From Bacteroidales bacterium (GTDB lineage Bacteria; Bacteroidota; Bacteroidia; Bacteroidales; UBA932), in contig JAFZBF010000032.1 in NCBI GenBank assembly GCA_017561885.1, positions 3,618 through 67,617 on the forward strand: 64,000 bases of DNA. The letters run 5' to 3'. Positions 9,280-18,088 of this stretch are shown here, piece by piece. The translations under genes and the position numbers were made by a program. A model generated the notes under the pieces. It was not told the origin of the DNA. It did not search any database and worked only from the letters and a program-made list of their open reading frames with translations. Position 1 is the stretch's first letter, and each line of letters begins with the position of its first letter.

Positions 9280-9678
9280 ATGAAAAAAAGAACATTGCTA
9301 AATGGAATTGCGTGTTGCATATTCTGTATTTTCGGATGCTTAACATCGTATGATTCGTATGCATCATATATTAAGCAAACTGACGGAGAAGATATTATTA
9401 TTTCGCAGAAACCTATCAACCCTCAAGGGGTTCCACGTACTCCCATTATTATTCCCTTTTACGCCGAGCTGGAGAGCGGATATGTGCTTCTGGGTAGTTT
9501 CTCCTCTTGCGGCATTGTAGATGTCAGCCTCACGTCCACTGCAGGTGACGATTATTCGACTGTATTTGATACAGCCAACGGTTCTATCATTATCCCGATC
9601 TCTGGCAACACTGGAGATTATGTACTACTTATCACAACGCCCGCCGGAACCGAATACATTGGCGAGTTCAGTATTTGA
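9280..9678 (+). CDS. Small exported beta-rich protein, DUF3244-like (possible partner or inhibitor of the downstream C10 peptidase homologue)
   Basis: 132 aa. Signal peptide MKKRTLLNGIACCIFCIFGCLTS. The C-terminal pattern GDYVLLITTPAGTEYIGEFSI (G.Y.L.I......Y.G.F.I) is typical of small Ig-like Bacteroidetes domains. It lies 43 nt upstream of the C10 gene on the same strand. Confidence 0.5.
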   Translation: MKKRTLLNGIACCIFCIFGCLTSYDSYASYIKQTDGEDIIISQKPINPQGVPRTPIIIPFYAELESGYVLLGSFSSCGIVDVSLTSTAGDDYSTVFDTANGSIIIPISGNTGDYVLLITTPAGTEYIGEFSI

Positions 9679-9721
9679 GCATTCAATAATCATTTGTAAA
9701 CATGTAAATAATAATATTATT

Positions 9722-11209
9722 ATGAAAAGATTATCATTATTCATCATGTTGTCTGTGGCCGTGCTGCTGACCGCTTGTAATGGAATCGATAATGTCGGTC
9801 CAGATGTGGAGACAGTTGCTGCCAAACAGAAGACATCAACAATAATCCGTGATGTCAATGTATCTAAAAACGAAGCTATCGATGTTGCGAACAGGTTCGT
9901 ACGTTCCAATTCCGATGGGAACATAATTCGAACCAAGAGTGCATTCGCAAGTACTAAGATGATTCGTTCATCTGAGACAATCAGGGAGGATGGGAATAAT
10001 CTTATGTACGTTTTCAACTATCAAGGTGGCGGATTTGTTATCGTCGGTTCTACGAGAAATTATTATCCTATTCTTGCCTATTCAGATGAAGGTTCCTTCG
10101 TCCTTCAAGAGGATATGGGCCCTGTTGACGTATGGCTTGATGAAACAAAAGTCAGCATCAAAAACAGCAATTCGCTTGACAATGATACGAAAGCGCAGAT
10201 GCAAAATCTATGGTCAATGTATGATGGCACTTTAGTTGATCCGGCACAGGAACTTCTTTCTGCCCGCAGACCTCAGACCCGCAGCACTGGAGAAGATGCC
10301 TGCTGGGATAGGATCGATTCGCTGCAGGCAGAGCACGGCGACGAAGGGTGGACTTACCTTCCAGTATCTCAAGTTGAAGAATTGTTTACAGATTTAGGTT
10401 TCTCAAATGACTATGCAACTATCTGTTATTGTGCGTCACAAAATCACTCTGAGCTGAATGAAACGGTCATAGGATACAGATATCCGGCAGTCAATCAGGT
10501 TGGACCACTTCTGACAACAGAGTGGCACCAAGGTTCACCGTATAACAGTTTGTGCCCAAATCAATACCCGGCAGGTAGCGAAGTTATTGCTACAGCACAA
10601 ATAATGAGGTATTATGCACATCCGGATACACTTATGTGGGAAGGTAATACCATCACATGGGCAGATATTCCTGTGTCACCAAATACGGTGCCGAATAAGA
10701 TTCCGCACCTGATACGGCGGTTAGGCCAGTTATATAAAGAGAATTATGGAGCATCTGGAACGTCTACGTTTATAGCCTATGTACTAAGCGGAATGATGTC
10801 AAAGGGTTATTTGCCTATTGATGCCGAGAATGAAACAAACTATCGTAACCAAATATTTAATAACCACAGACCTGTGTTAATGATTGGAACGAAAAGCAAT
10901 GATCCTCTTTCAGAACACTATGCATGGGTGTGTGATGGTGTCCGTCAAGCAGTATACAATGAGATACAATATTATACAGAAAACCAACCTTATGGTGCGG
11001 GACAATTTACGCAAGGTATGTATACCTATTATAATCCCGGTTTGTCGGGACAACCTGTAGGCAATCCAATATACAGATATCATATGAATTGGGGGCTGCC
11101 AGGAGGGACATATAATGGATGGTTCACCGCTAATTATATTTATTGTGCTCCGATTGACTATAATTATAACAGAATCAATTATTATATTTACGTGAATCCA
11201 AACTATTAG
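9722..11209 (+). CDS. Peptidase C10 (streptopain/SpeB) family lipoprotein with nucleophile Cys replaced by Ser
   Basis: The track ORF starts at 9521, but the ATG at 9722 gives a lipoprotein signal (MKRLSLFIMLSVAVLLTACNG). Propeptide-like block YVFNYQGGGFVIVGSTRNYYPILAYSDEGSF. WHQGSPYNSLCP matches SpeB YNQGNPYNLLTP. AGSEVIATAQIMRYY matches SpeB TGCVATATAQIMKYH, with Ser (AGC, 10577..10579) in place of the catalytic Cys. SEHYAWVCDG matches GGHAFVIDG, retaining His (10916..10918). YHMNWGLPGG matches YHVNWGWGG. Confidence 0.8.
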   Translation: MKRLSLFIMLSVAVLLTACNGIDNVGPDVETVAAKQKTSTIIRDVNVSKNEAIDVANRFVRSNSDGNIIRTKSAFASTKMIRSSETIREDGNNLMYVFNYQGGGFVIVGSTRNYYPILAYSDEGSFVLQEDMGPVDVWLDETKVSIKNSNSLDNDTKAQMQNLWSMYDGTLVDPAQELLSARRPQTRSTGEDACWDRIDSLQAEHGDEGWTYLPVSQVEELFTDLGFSNDYATICYCASQNHSELNETVIGYRYPAVNQVGPLLTTEWHQGSPYNSLCPNQYPAGSEVIATAQIMRYYAHPDTLMWEGNTITWADIPVSPNTVPNKIPHLIRRLGQLYKENYGASGTSTFIAYVLSGMMSKGYLPIDAENETNYRNQIFNNHRPVLMIGTKSNDPLSEHYAWVCDGVRQAVYNEIQYYTENQPYGAGQFTQGMYTYYNPGLSGQPVGNPIYRYHMNWGLPGGTYNGWFTANYIYCAPIDYNYNRINYYIYVNPNY

Positions 11210-11321
11210 ATCTGTTTTTGAATTAGTAATAATTATCAACACAAAGACGTATTTACGGTTTTGGAGTGTTATTATATAGAGATATCTCATTTATTGTCAC
11301 TTTTCTTAACTGATAATCAAC

Positions 11322-12323
11322 ATGAGAAGAGTCTGTATATTCCTGATTCTGGTGACTGCGCTGACATCCTGCGTGAAGGATGTTGTGCTTGACGCGAAGG
11401 AAGACCCTTTCCTTGCGGTGTTCTGTGTTCTAAAGAACGAGTCTGTGCAGGAACTGAAGCTTTCATTTACGAAAAGTGCGACGATGAACGCGGCACCTCG
11501 AGTTACAGAGGCGACGGCAGTGCTCACGGACCTGACTGAGGGCCGTGAGGCTGGTCGCTTCGTAAGGGTTGCCGACACCCTCTGGCGGCTGAACTATTCA
11601 GCGATTCCAACACACAGCTATCGCTTGGAAATTACAGTGCCTGGACGTGAGCCAGTCTGGGCCGAGCAAACAATGCCGGCTGAGCCTCCTGTGGAGAGTG
11701 AAAAGCATCTATTCGGTGATATTTCTTATTATAATATGAGAATAACAGATTTTATGGCAGAGGGTTTCAGATATCGTTTTACAGTGCCCTGCACCACCTG
11801 GATATATGCAAAAAACTTCGATAAGGATAAGTTTGTAGGGTCATGGGAGCCGTGGGATGATGTGTGGGTTCCTGCCGAGGAACTCTGTACGGATTATCCC
11901 TATGTGGATGATTTCAATCTGACAGGGAAAATCTTGGAAGGAACAGAAGAGCGTAGCAATACAATGCTTGATGCTATTGCTGATAGGTATCATCTATCGG
12001 GCTATCCCATTCATCGCGATTTCCTGCGCATCCCAAAGGCAGAGGAACAGACACAATACCCTATTACCATAGACGGAGATTTCAGCCTTTTTTCTGGGGG
12101 CAACAATGGACATAACTATGTCTGTTTTGTTGCTTTGTCGGATGATTATGACAGCTACCTGCTTAATGCCTACCAGCAATATTATGCTGAGCAGAGTGAT
12201 GATCTATCATCAATATATCTCAGGGATAATCTGTACGGCAACATCCATGGCGGAATCGGTATCTTCGGTTCTGCGACCACAATACAGTTCCAAAGAATTT
12301 ATTCGTGGAATGCGGTATGGTAA
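11322..12323 (+). CDS. DUF4249-like lipoprotein (usual partner of Bacteroidetes TonB-dependent receptors)
   Basis: Lipobox MRRVCIFLILVTALTSCVKD. The C-terminal NIHGGIGIFGSATT motif is characteristic of DUF4249. It lies directly upstream of a TonB-dependent receptor. Confidence 0.55.
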   Translation: MRRVCIFLILVTALTSCVKDVVLDAKEDPFLAVFCVLKNESVQELKLSFTKSATMNAAPRVTEATAVLTDLTEGREAGRFVRVADTLWRLNYSAIPTHSYRLEITVPGREPVWAEQTMPAEPPVESEKHLFGDISYYNMRITDFMAEGFRYRFTVPCTTWIYAKNFDKDKFVGSWEPWDDVWVPAEELCTDYPYVDDFNLTGKILEGTEERSNTMLDAIADRYHLSGYPIHRDFLRIPKAEEQTQYPITIDGDFSLFSGGNNGHNYVCFVALSDDYDSYLLNAYQQYYAEQSDDLSSIYLRDNLYGNIHGGIGIFGSATTIQFQRIYSWNAVW

Positions 12324-12360
12324 TATTCGCTGACTTGATTAACCCTAGTAATTCCATATT

Positions 12361-14382
12361 GTGAAAAAGCCTGCAATAGTTATTCTTCTGCTTGTTTCAA
12401 TGACCTGCGCTGCACAGCAACCCGCCTGGCTTGATACGTTGGATGCGGCTGTGAAAACTGATTCACGCCGTATCGAGCAGAGCCTCGGTCACCTGCAGAC
12501 AGGTATTGAAGGGATCCGTGCCATTGTATCTCCCGTTGGTGAAGGCGACCCGATCCGATGGGCGCAGAGTCTTCCCGGGGTGACCACCGGAGCCGACGGC
12601 ACCACTGCAATGTATGTGCGCGGAGGTGGAGCCGGCAATAACCTTTTCTCGCTGGATGGCGTGCCAGTCTACGGCTATTCCCACATCCTCGGCCTGACGA
12701 CTCTCGTGCCGACAGATGTGATAGAGAGCGCAGAACTGAGCAAGGGAGGTTTCGACGGCTACGAGAGCAACTTCACCGCCTCGCACTTAAAGGTCGTCAC
12801 GAAGCAACCATCACAATCCCGCAGTTGGAGCGCCGGTCTCAACAATTTCCTGCTCAGCGCTGGAGCTGAAGGCCCCGTCGGCAACAGGATAGGCTATGAG
12901 TTCTCGGCCAGGGTGTCGCCGCTGGCTCTGGAGTATAGGGCTCTGAAGGACCTTCTGCCCGGTAGGCTCGGTGGCCTGAACAACTTCGGTGCTTCTGTCG
13001 GAGACATCTATGGCAAGATAAATGTCCGGATCAGCGACATCAGCTATGTGTCAGCATCTGCTCTTGCCAGCCAGGACCATTATCGCTTTGATATGTCAAA
13101 CGCCTCTCACGAAGCAATGGGCTGGAATAATGTCCTCGGCATACTTCAATACCATAGGAATGGCGAAAATACTCGGCTAGATGTGACTGCGGCATACAAC
13201 AAGTACGGCAGTGTCCAGCAGCAGGGAAAAAGATACCGTGGCCGCTGGAACGAGTTGTCTATGAGTTCCGGTCTTACGGAATACAGCTTTCATGCTATGG
13301 CGCACCATTTCTGGGGCAACCTTTTCGAGTTAGACGAAGGGCTCACATTCCGCTACGCGCAATTTTCGCCCGGGCAGGTGGGAGAAAGGTCGAAAAGGAC
13401 TGACGTAATTCTTGCCACTCCCTGGGTGCAGGCGAGCTACAACGTTCCGGACAAGATATCACTGAAGGCCGTATTACGCGGCAACTACTATCACAACCAA
13501 AGTTACCTCCCGTCGACAAAAGAAGTGCTCGGCAGCGGCGGACGCACCGACCCGGAAGTGAGCCTGGCAGCAAAATGGACTATTACTCCGCACATCGCCT
13601 TTGAAGCCACCTTCGACCGTCTGGTGCAGTACTACCATACGCTCGAGGGAATGCCGGTCGGCTGGTCGCTGGACCTGATCGTGCCGACGGTGGAAAACAT
13701 ACTTCCGGAGAAGTCGCTTCAGGGCGGTGCAGGCCTTTCAAGCCGTTTCGGGGACCACAGCCTCTCGGTGGGCGGTTTCTACAAGCTGATGAACAACCTG
13801 GTTTACTACAAGTATTCACAGGAACTGTTCAGCGGCGGCCTGGCCGGATGGGCCGAGCACGTCGAGCTGGGAGACGGCCGTTCATACGGACTGGAAACTC
13901 TCTATGAGTTCCAGCATCAGGACTGGTATGCGAGGACGTCTTACACTCTTTCGAAGACTACGCGCGAGAACTTCCCTTCGTTCTATGAAGGTGCGCCTTT
14001 CCACGCGCGTTTCGACCGCCGCCATATGCTGAACGCCACCCTGCAGTGGAAAGGCTTCTCGGCCACTATGATTCTGCAGAGCGGCCACTGGGAGAACGGC
14101 GAGGCGGTGACCTACAATACTTACTATAATAACAACAGTTTTACATCGAAATACTATTCCGGAGTCAACAATTACCACATGCCGACAGTATTCCGTCTGG
14201 ACCTCGGCTGGCAGAAAACTTTCAATATCGGCCGCTCCGAGAATACAGTCAATCTCGGTGTCTGCAACGTCACAAACCATTTCAACCCCTTTATGCTCTA
14301 TTTTGACACGAACACTGAATCCTGGAAAGAAATAGCCCTGCTGCCCATTATGCCGAACTTCAGCTGGCGGGTGACGTTCTAA
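12361..14382 (+). CDS. TonB-dependent outer-membrane receptor (plug plus beta-barrel), GTG start
   Basis: Signal peptide MKKPAIVILLLVSMTCAAQQ. Plug-like block GVTTGADGTTAMYVRGGGAGNNLFSLDGVPVYGYSHILGLTTLVPTDVIESAELSKGGF. Long beta-rich body rich in aromatic residues and Gly, ending in the barrel signature NFSWRVTF. Confidence 0.8.
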   Translation: MKKPAIVILLLVSMTCAAQQPAWLDTLDAAVKTDSRRIEQSLGHLQTGIEGIRAIVSPVGEGDPIRWAQSLPGVTTGADGTTAMYVRGGGAGNNLFSLDGVPVYGYSHILGLTTLVPTDVIESAELSKGGFDGYESNFTASHLKVVTKQPSQSRSWSAGLNNFLLSAGAEGPVGNRIGYEFSARVSPLALEYRALKDLLPGRLGGLNNFGASVGDIYGKINVRISDISYVSASALASQDHYRFDMSNASHEAMGWNNVLGILQYHRNGENTRLDVTAAYNKYGSVQQQGKRYRGRWNELSMSSGLTEYSFHAMAHHFWGNLFELDEGLTFRYAQFSPGQVGERSKRTDVILATPWVQASYNVPDKISLKAVLRGNYYHNQSYLPSTKEVLGSGGRTDPEVSLAAKWTITPHIAFEATFDRLVQYYHTLEGMPVGWSLDLIVPTVENILPEKSLQGGAGLSSRFGDHSLSVGGFYKLMNNLVYYKYSQELFSGGLAGWAEHVELGDGRSYGLETLYEFQHQDWYARTSYTLSKTTRENFPSFYEGAPFHARFDRRHMLNATLQWKGFSATMILQSGHWENGEAVTYNTYYNNNSFTSKYYSGVNNYHMPTVFRLDLGWQKTFNIGRSENTVNLGVCNVTNHFNPFMLYFDTNTESWKEIALLPIMPNFSWRVTF

Positions 14383-14470
14383 TAACTTTATATTCAGTTA
14401 CTCTGATTATGCAACGTTAATTCTTGTCAATTCATCTATAATGAGAATAATCACAATCTCAAAAAGTACT

Positions 14471-15094
14471 ATGAAAAGAGTATTTTATTGTTTAATCCTG
14501 ACAGCAGCAGCCTCTTTCGTATTGTCTTCTTGTGGAGATGCTCAAACAACGATGTTAAATCAATATCGACTTCATATAAATTTCAAGGATGTTGCTGGAA
14601 ATGATCTGGTTGCCTCGTTAGGAGAAGAGTATTATATATCCGAGTCATGGCGCACAAAGTGGGTGAACGAAATTAATCCGGATAAATATTCCCTTGATAT
14701 CATTCTGTCAGATGGAGTCAACGCGACCAAGCCATATTATACTCTGGCAAAATACAATGATGATCATAGTTGGCTGATTCCAGAAGTGAACGGAAGATAT
14801 GACGGGGATGGCACGTGGTATCTTGAAAGTAATTTTGTTTTATTGAAGAAAGGTCTTCAAACCACTTTGACATATAGATTATCGTGTCCTACAATATTTG
14901 GAGATGACACTGTACATGAAATAGTTGCCTGGTGGGAAGATGGAACACTTATAAGCGATAAATGTCGGATTCCCACCTGCATTAAGGTTGTTTATGACGG
15001 CATGGAGATTCAGCCGATATTTGGCATATCATATAACGATCAATCCGATCCTTGCTATTCTGCATATTTCCTCGACATCGTCCTTGACAGATAA
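14471..15094 (+). CDS. Lipoprotein of unknown function, tandem paralogue 1
   Basis: The ATG at 14471 gives MKRVFYCLILTAAASFVLSSCGD. It shares blocks with the next gene: AGNDLVA, Y(S/T)LDII, LTYR(L/I)S..IFGD...H(E/D)IVA(W/Y)W, C(I/L)KVV(Y/F)DG, and a DIVLDR C-terminus. Confidence 0.7.
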   Translation: MKRVFYCLILTAAASFVLSSCGDAQTTMLNQYRLHINFKDVAGNDLVASLGEEYYISESWRTKWVNEINPDKYSLDIILSDGVNATKPYYTLAKYNDDHSWLIPEVNGRYDGDGTWYLESNFVLLKKGLQTTLTYRLSCPTIFGDDTVHEIVAWWEDGTLISDKCRIPTCIKVVYDGMEIQPIFGISYNDQSDPCYSAYFLDIVLDR

Positions 15095-15105
15095 CTTGCC
15101 ATTGT
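15072..15105 (+). repeat. Copy 1 of a conserved 3'-end element (tcgacatcgtccttgacagataacttgcc + 1 mismatch + ttgt)
   Basis: It is identical over 29 bp to 15864..15892 and spans the last codons, the stop codon and 3' flank of paralogue 1. Confidence 0.85.
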
Positions 15106-15250
15106 CTCTTTTGTTGTAATAATCAGCCCTTGAATCTCACAATTCATCCTAATGAGAGTTAAAAAAACAATCAAGTAGGAGACGTATTTTCAAACTATGT
15201 GAGTTTATATAGTGGTATCGATAATATTTACAATAAAGTAGGACATTGAT

Positions 15251-15886
15251 ATGAAATCTATTCATTACTACTTATGCATAGCTATGATGGCTATGGCATT
15301 ATCAGGATGCAACAAGGCAGATGCACCGTCAGGAGCAACGGAAAGGCCGATGTATCAATACTTGTTTGCAATTAGTATCAAGGATACGGCAGGGAATGAT
15401 TTGGTTGCACCATTGCAAGGGACACATTATGTTATTCATGAAAAACCTGAGGGTTATACCCTTGATATAATTCCATCCAATCCTCGGACTGATATAGGCA
15501 ATAATCCAAATGTCGTTGGAGAGCCTTCATATCCCCATTTTGGCGTGCGTCATATCGAGGGAAGTGAAAATTGGTACCTTCTCAACATGTTTAATGTATT
15601 TAGAGAATACGGACCACAGGAATACCTTACATATAGAATCTCCAGTTCAATTATATTTGGCGATAATCAGGAACATGATATCGTGGCCTACTGGGGCGAA
15701 GATCCATTTTATCCTTCTCCATCGGAATATGTTAATTTGATGCCAGAATGTCTGAAAGTTGTTTTTGATGGAAAAGATATGGAAGTCAAAAAGGTTGCCC
15801 GTACATTTTCTTCAGATTTTCCTGATGAATTAGTTCCATACCGTACGGTGTGGTATTATATGGTCGACATCGTCCTTGACAGATAA
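15251..15886 (+). CDS. Lipoprotein of unknown function, tandem paralogue 2
   Basis: Lipobox MKSIHYYLCIAMMAMALSGCNK. It has the same conserved blocks and the same DIVLDR end as 14471..15094. Confidence 0.7.
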   Translation: MKSIHYYLCIAMMAMALSGCNKADAPSGATERPMYQYLFAISIKDTAGNDLVAPLQGTHYVIHEKPEGYTLDIIPSNPRTDIGNNPNVVGEPSYPHFGVRHIEGSENWYLLNMFNVFREYGPQEYLTYRISSSIIFGDNQEHDIVAYWGEDPFYPSPSEYVNLMPECLKVVFDGKDMEVKKVARTFSSDFPDELVPYRTVWYYMVDIVLDR

Positions 15887-15897
15887 CTTGCCGTTGT
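15864..15897 (+). repeat. Copy 2 of the conserved 3'-end element
   Basis: It is identical over 29 bp to 15072..15100. The element sits at the end of paralogue 2 and runs into its 3' flank. Confidence 0.85.
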
Positions 15898-15995
15898 TTT
15901 GTGATGAATAATTAGTCCATTATCGAAGGCATCCTTGAGGGAGAGAAGGCAGGGACAGCAGCGGTTGCTCTTGAGCTATTTCCAAACCCGAATTT

Positions 15996-17249
15996 CTACG
16001 GCCACCTTGTCTGGCCGTTGCCGGTAATCTGGTATTTGTAGGTGGTGAGCTCGGGCAGGGCCATCGGGCCGCGGGCGTGCAGTTTCTGGGTGCTGATGCC
16101 GATCTCTGCGCCGAAGCCGAACTGTGCTCCGTCGGTGAATGAAGTCGCAACGTTGGCATATACGCAGGCTGCGTCAACTCTGCGGAGGAAGGTCTCTTTA
16201 GCTGCCTCATCTTCGGTGATGATCGATTCGCTGTGGCGCGAGCCGAATTCTGCAATGTGCTCCAATGCCTGCTCCAGCGAGTCTACTGTGCGTATGCTCA
16301 TCGCATAGGCCAGGAATTCCTTGCCGAAATGCTCCGGCTGTGCTTTCTGAAGCAATGCGGCCGGATAAGAACCGTCAAGCGCTGCAAAAGCCCTTTCGTC
16401 GGCGTAGATTATGACATCCTTGTCGGCAAGGGGAGCGCAGAGCGCAGACAGGTCAGCAAGCCTCGATGAGTGAACGAGCAGGCTGTCGAGTGCGTTGCAG
16501 ACGCTCACTCGGCGGGTCTTGGCGTTGAAGACGATGTCACGGCCGATGGCAAGGTCGCCGGCCGCATCGAAGTAGGTGTGGCACACTCCTGCGCCGGTTT
16601 CGATGACGGGCACCTTGGAATTCGCCCTGACATACTGGATGAGCGACGAACTGCCGCGAGGGATGATGACATCCACGTATTCGTGGGCGTCGAGCAGTTC
16701 GGCGGTGGCTTCGCGGTCGGAGGGCAGCAAAGTGCAGATGCTGCTGTCCAGGCCATGCTTTTCAAGAACTTTCTTTATGACGGACACGATGGCTTCGTTC
16801 GAGCAGGCGGCGTCGCTTCCGCCCTTGAGGACTGTCACGTTGCCCGACTTGATGCAGAGAGAGAAGACGTCGCTGGTGACGTTGGGCCTGGCCTCGTAGA
16901 TAACGCCGACCACGCCGATGGGAACACTGACCTTGCTGATCTTCATTCCGTTCGGCCTGACAGCCGATGACAGCACCTTGCCAAGCGGGCTTTCAAGTTT
17001 TGCCACGTTGGCGATGTCGGCGGCCTGTGAGGCTATCCTGTCGGCGGTGAGCTTGAGCCTGTCGTACTTGAAATTACTGCTGTCCATCTTAGCGAGGTCC
17101 AGTGCGTTCTGCTCAAGTATGAAATCAGTCTCGGCCACGAGGGCGTCGCTGAGGTCGTTCAGCACCGCGTTGACGGTTGCGTCGTCTATGTCGCACATCC
17201 TGCCGGCAGCCTTTGCCGCTGCGGCAAGCATCGTTCTTACATCATTCAT
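15996..17249 (-). CDS. proA: Glutamate-5-semialdehyde dehydrogenase (gamma-glutamyl phosphate reductase)
   Basis: Aldehyde dehydrogenase-like ProA sequence ([34 protein letters not shown]). I prefer the start at MNDVRTM (17249), which leaves 4 nt after the proB stop. The track ORF extends to 17285. Confidence 0.9.
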   Translation of the reverse strand: MNDVRTMLAAAAKAAGRMCDIDDATVNAVLNDLSDALVAETDFILEQNALDLAKMDSSNFKYDRLKLTADRIASQAADIANVAKLESPLGKVLSSAVRPNGMKISKVSVPIGVVGVIYEARPNVTSDVFSLCIKSGNVTVLKGGSDAACSNEAIVSVIKKVLEKHGLDSSICTLLPSDREATAELLDAHEYVDVIIPRGSSSLIQYVRANSKVPVIETGAGVCHTYFDAAGDLAIGRDIVFNAKTRRVSVCNALDSLLVHSSRLADLSALCAPLADKDVIIYADERAFAALDGSYPAALLQKAQPEHFGKEFLAYAMSIRTVDSLEQALEHIAEFGSRHSESIITEDEAAKETFLRRVDAACVYANVATSFTDGAQFGFGAEIGISTQKLHARGPMALPELTTYKYQITGNGQTRWP

Positions 17250-17253
17250 AGGA

Positions 17254-18027
17254 TCAGTTGTTTTTGAATCGTGAGTAAGGGACATCTTCGCTGCCGTGCA
17301 TTATGGCGGTCAGGATGTCATCTCTCTTGCCGTTGGCAATGACTACTTCGGTGCCTTGCGAGGCTATCTGGCGGGCCACATTGAACTTGGTGCGCATACC
17401 GCCGCGCCCGTTGGTGGATTTCTTCTCGCCGATATACTCCAGAACGGAATCATCCGCAGGGGCGATCTCGCGGATAAGCTTGCTGGCCGGATCTGCGGGG
17501 TCTCCGGCGAACACGCCGTCCACGTTGCTCAGGATGACCAGAGCCTGGACACCCATCATTACGGCGATAAGGCCTGCCAGTTCGTCGTTGTCGGTGAACA
17601 TCAGCTCGTGGATGGCCACGGTGTCGTTCTCGTTTACGATAGGGATGATGCCGCAGTCGAGCATCACCTGCATGCAGTTCTTCTGGTTGAGGTAGCTGGT
17701 TTCGTTTGTGAAGTTGTCCTTCGTGGTGAGAACCTGTCCGCAGCTGAACCCCTGCTCCTTAAAGAACTGGTAGTAGTTGTGCATCAGGCGGGCCTGGCCG
17801 ACAGATGAGAAAAGCTGGCGCTGGGAGACGTCGTCAAGATCGTGGTCCACCTTGATCTCGCTGCGGCCGCTGGCCACGGCGCCGGAGGTGATTACTATGA
17901 CCTTGTAGCCTTCGCGGCGGAGGTCGCTGATCTGGTCGACGAGGGCAGAGAGACGGGTGATGTCAAGACGTCCGTCGGAGCGGGTGAGAACGTTGCTGCC
18001 TATCTTTATGGCAAGTAGTCTGTCCAT
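17254..18027 (-). CDS. proB: Glutamate 5-kinase, short form without a PUA domain
   Basis: Amino-acid kinase fold: [41 protein letters not shown]. At 257 aa it has kinase-domain length only. It is adjacent to proA. Confidence 0.88.
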   Translation of the reverse strand: MDRLLAIKIGSNVLTRSDGRLDITRLSALVDQISDLRREGYKVIVITSGAVASGRSEIKVDHDLDDVSQRQLFSSVGQARLMHNYYQFFKEQGFSCGQVLTTKDNFTNETSYLNQKNCMQVMLDCGIIPIVNENDTVAIHELMFTDNDELAGLIAVMMGVQALVILSNVDGVFAGDPADPASKLIREIAPADDSVLEYIGEKKSTNGRGGMRTKFNVARQIASQGTEVVIANGKRDDILTAIMHGSEDVPYSRFKNN

Positions 18028-18088
18028 CTGGAATGTATTAGTGTGGCAAAAGTAGGAAATAACCGATTAATTTTAGTTAATTCGCACT

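Noticed and set aside
9521-9721. Upstream extension of the C10 ORF (track start 9521), overlapping the DUF3244-like gene
   Set aside because: The extension overlaps 9280..9678 in another frame and encodes no signal peptide. The ATG at 9722 gives a textbook lipoprotein signal, so the extension is probably not translated.
16470-17808. Plus-strand ORFs of 166 aa (16470..16970) and 170 aa (17296..17808)
   Set aside because: They are antisense to proA and proB respectively, and I treated them as shadow ORFs.
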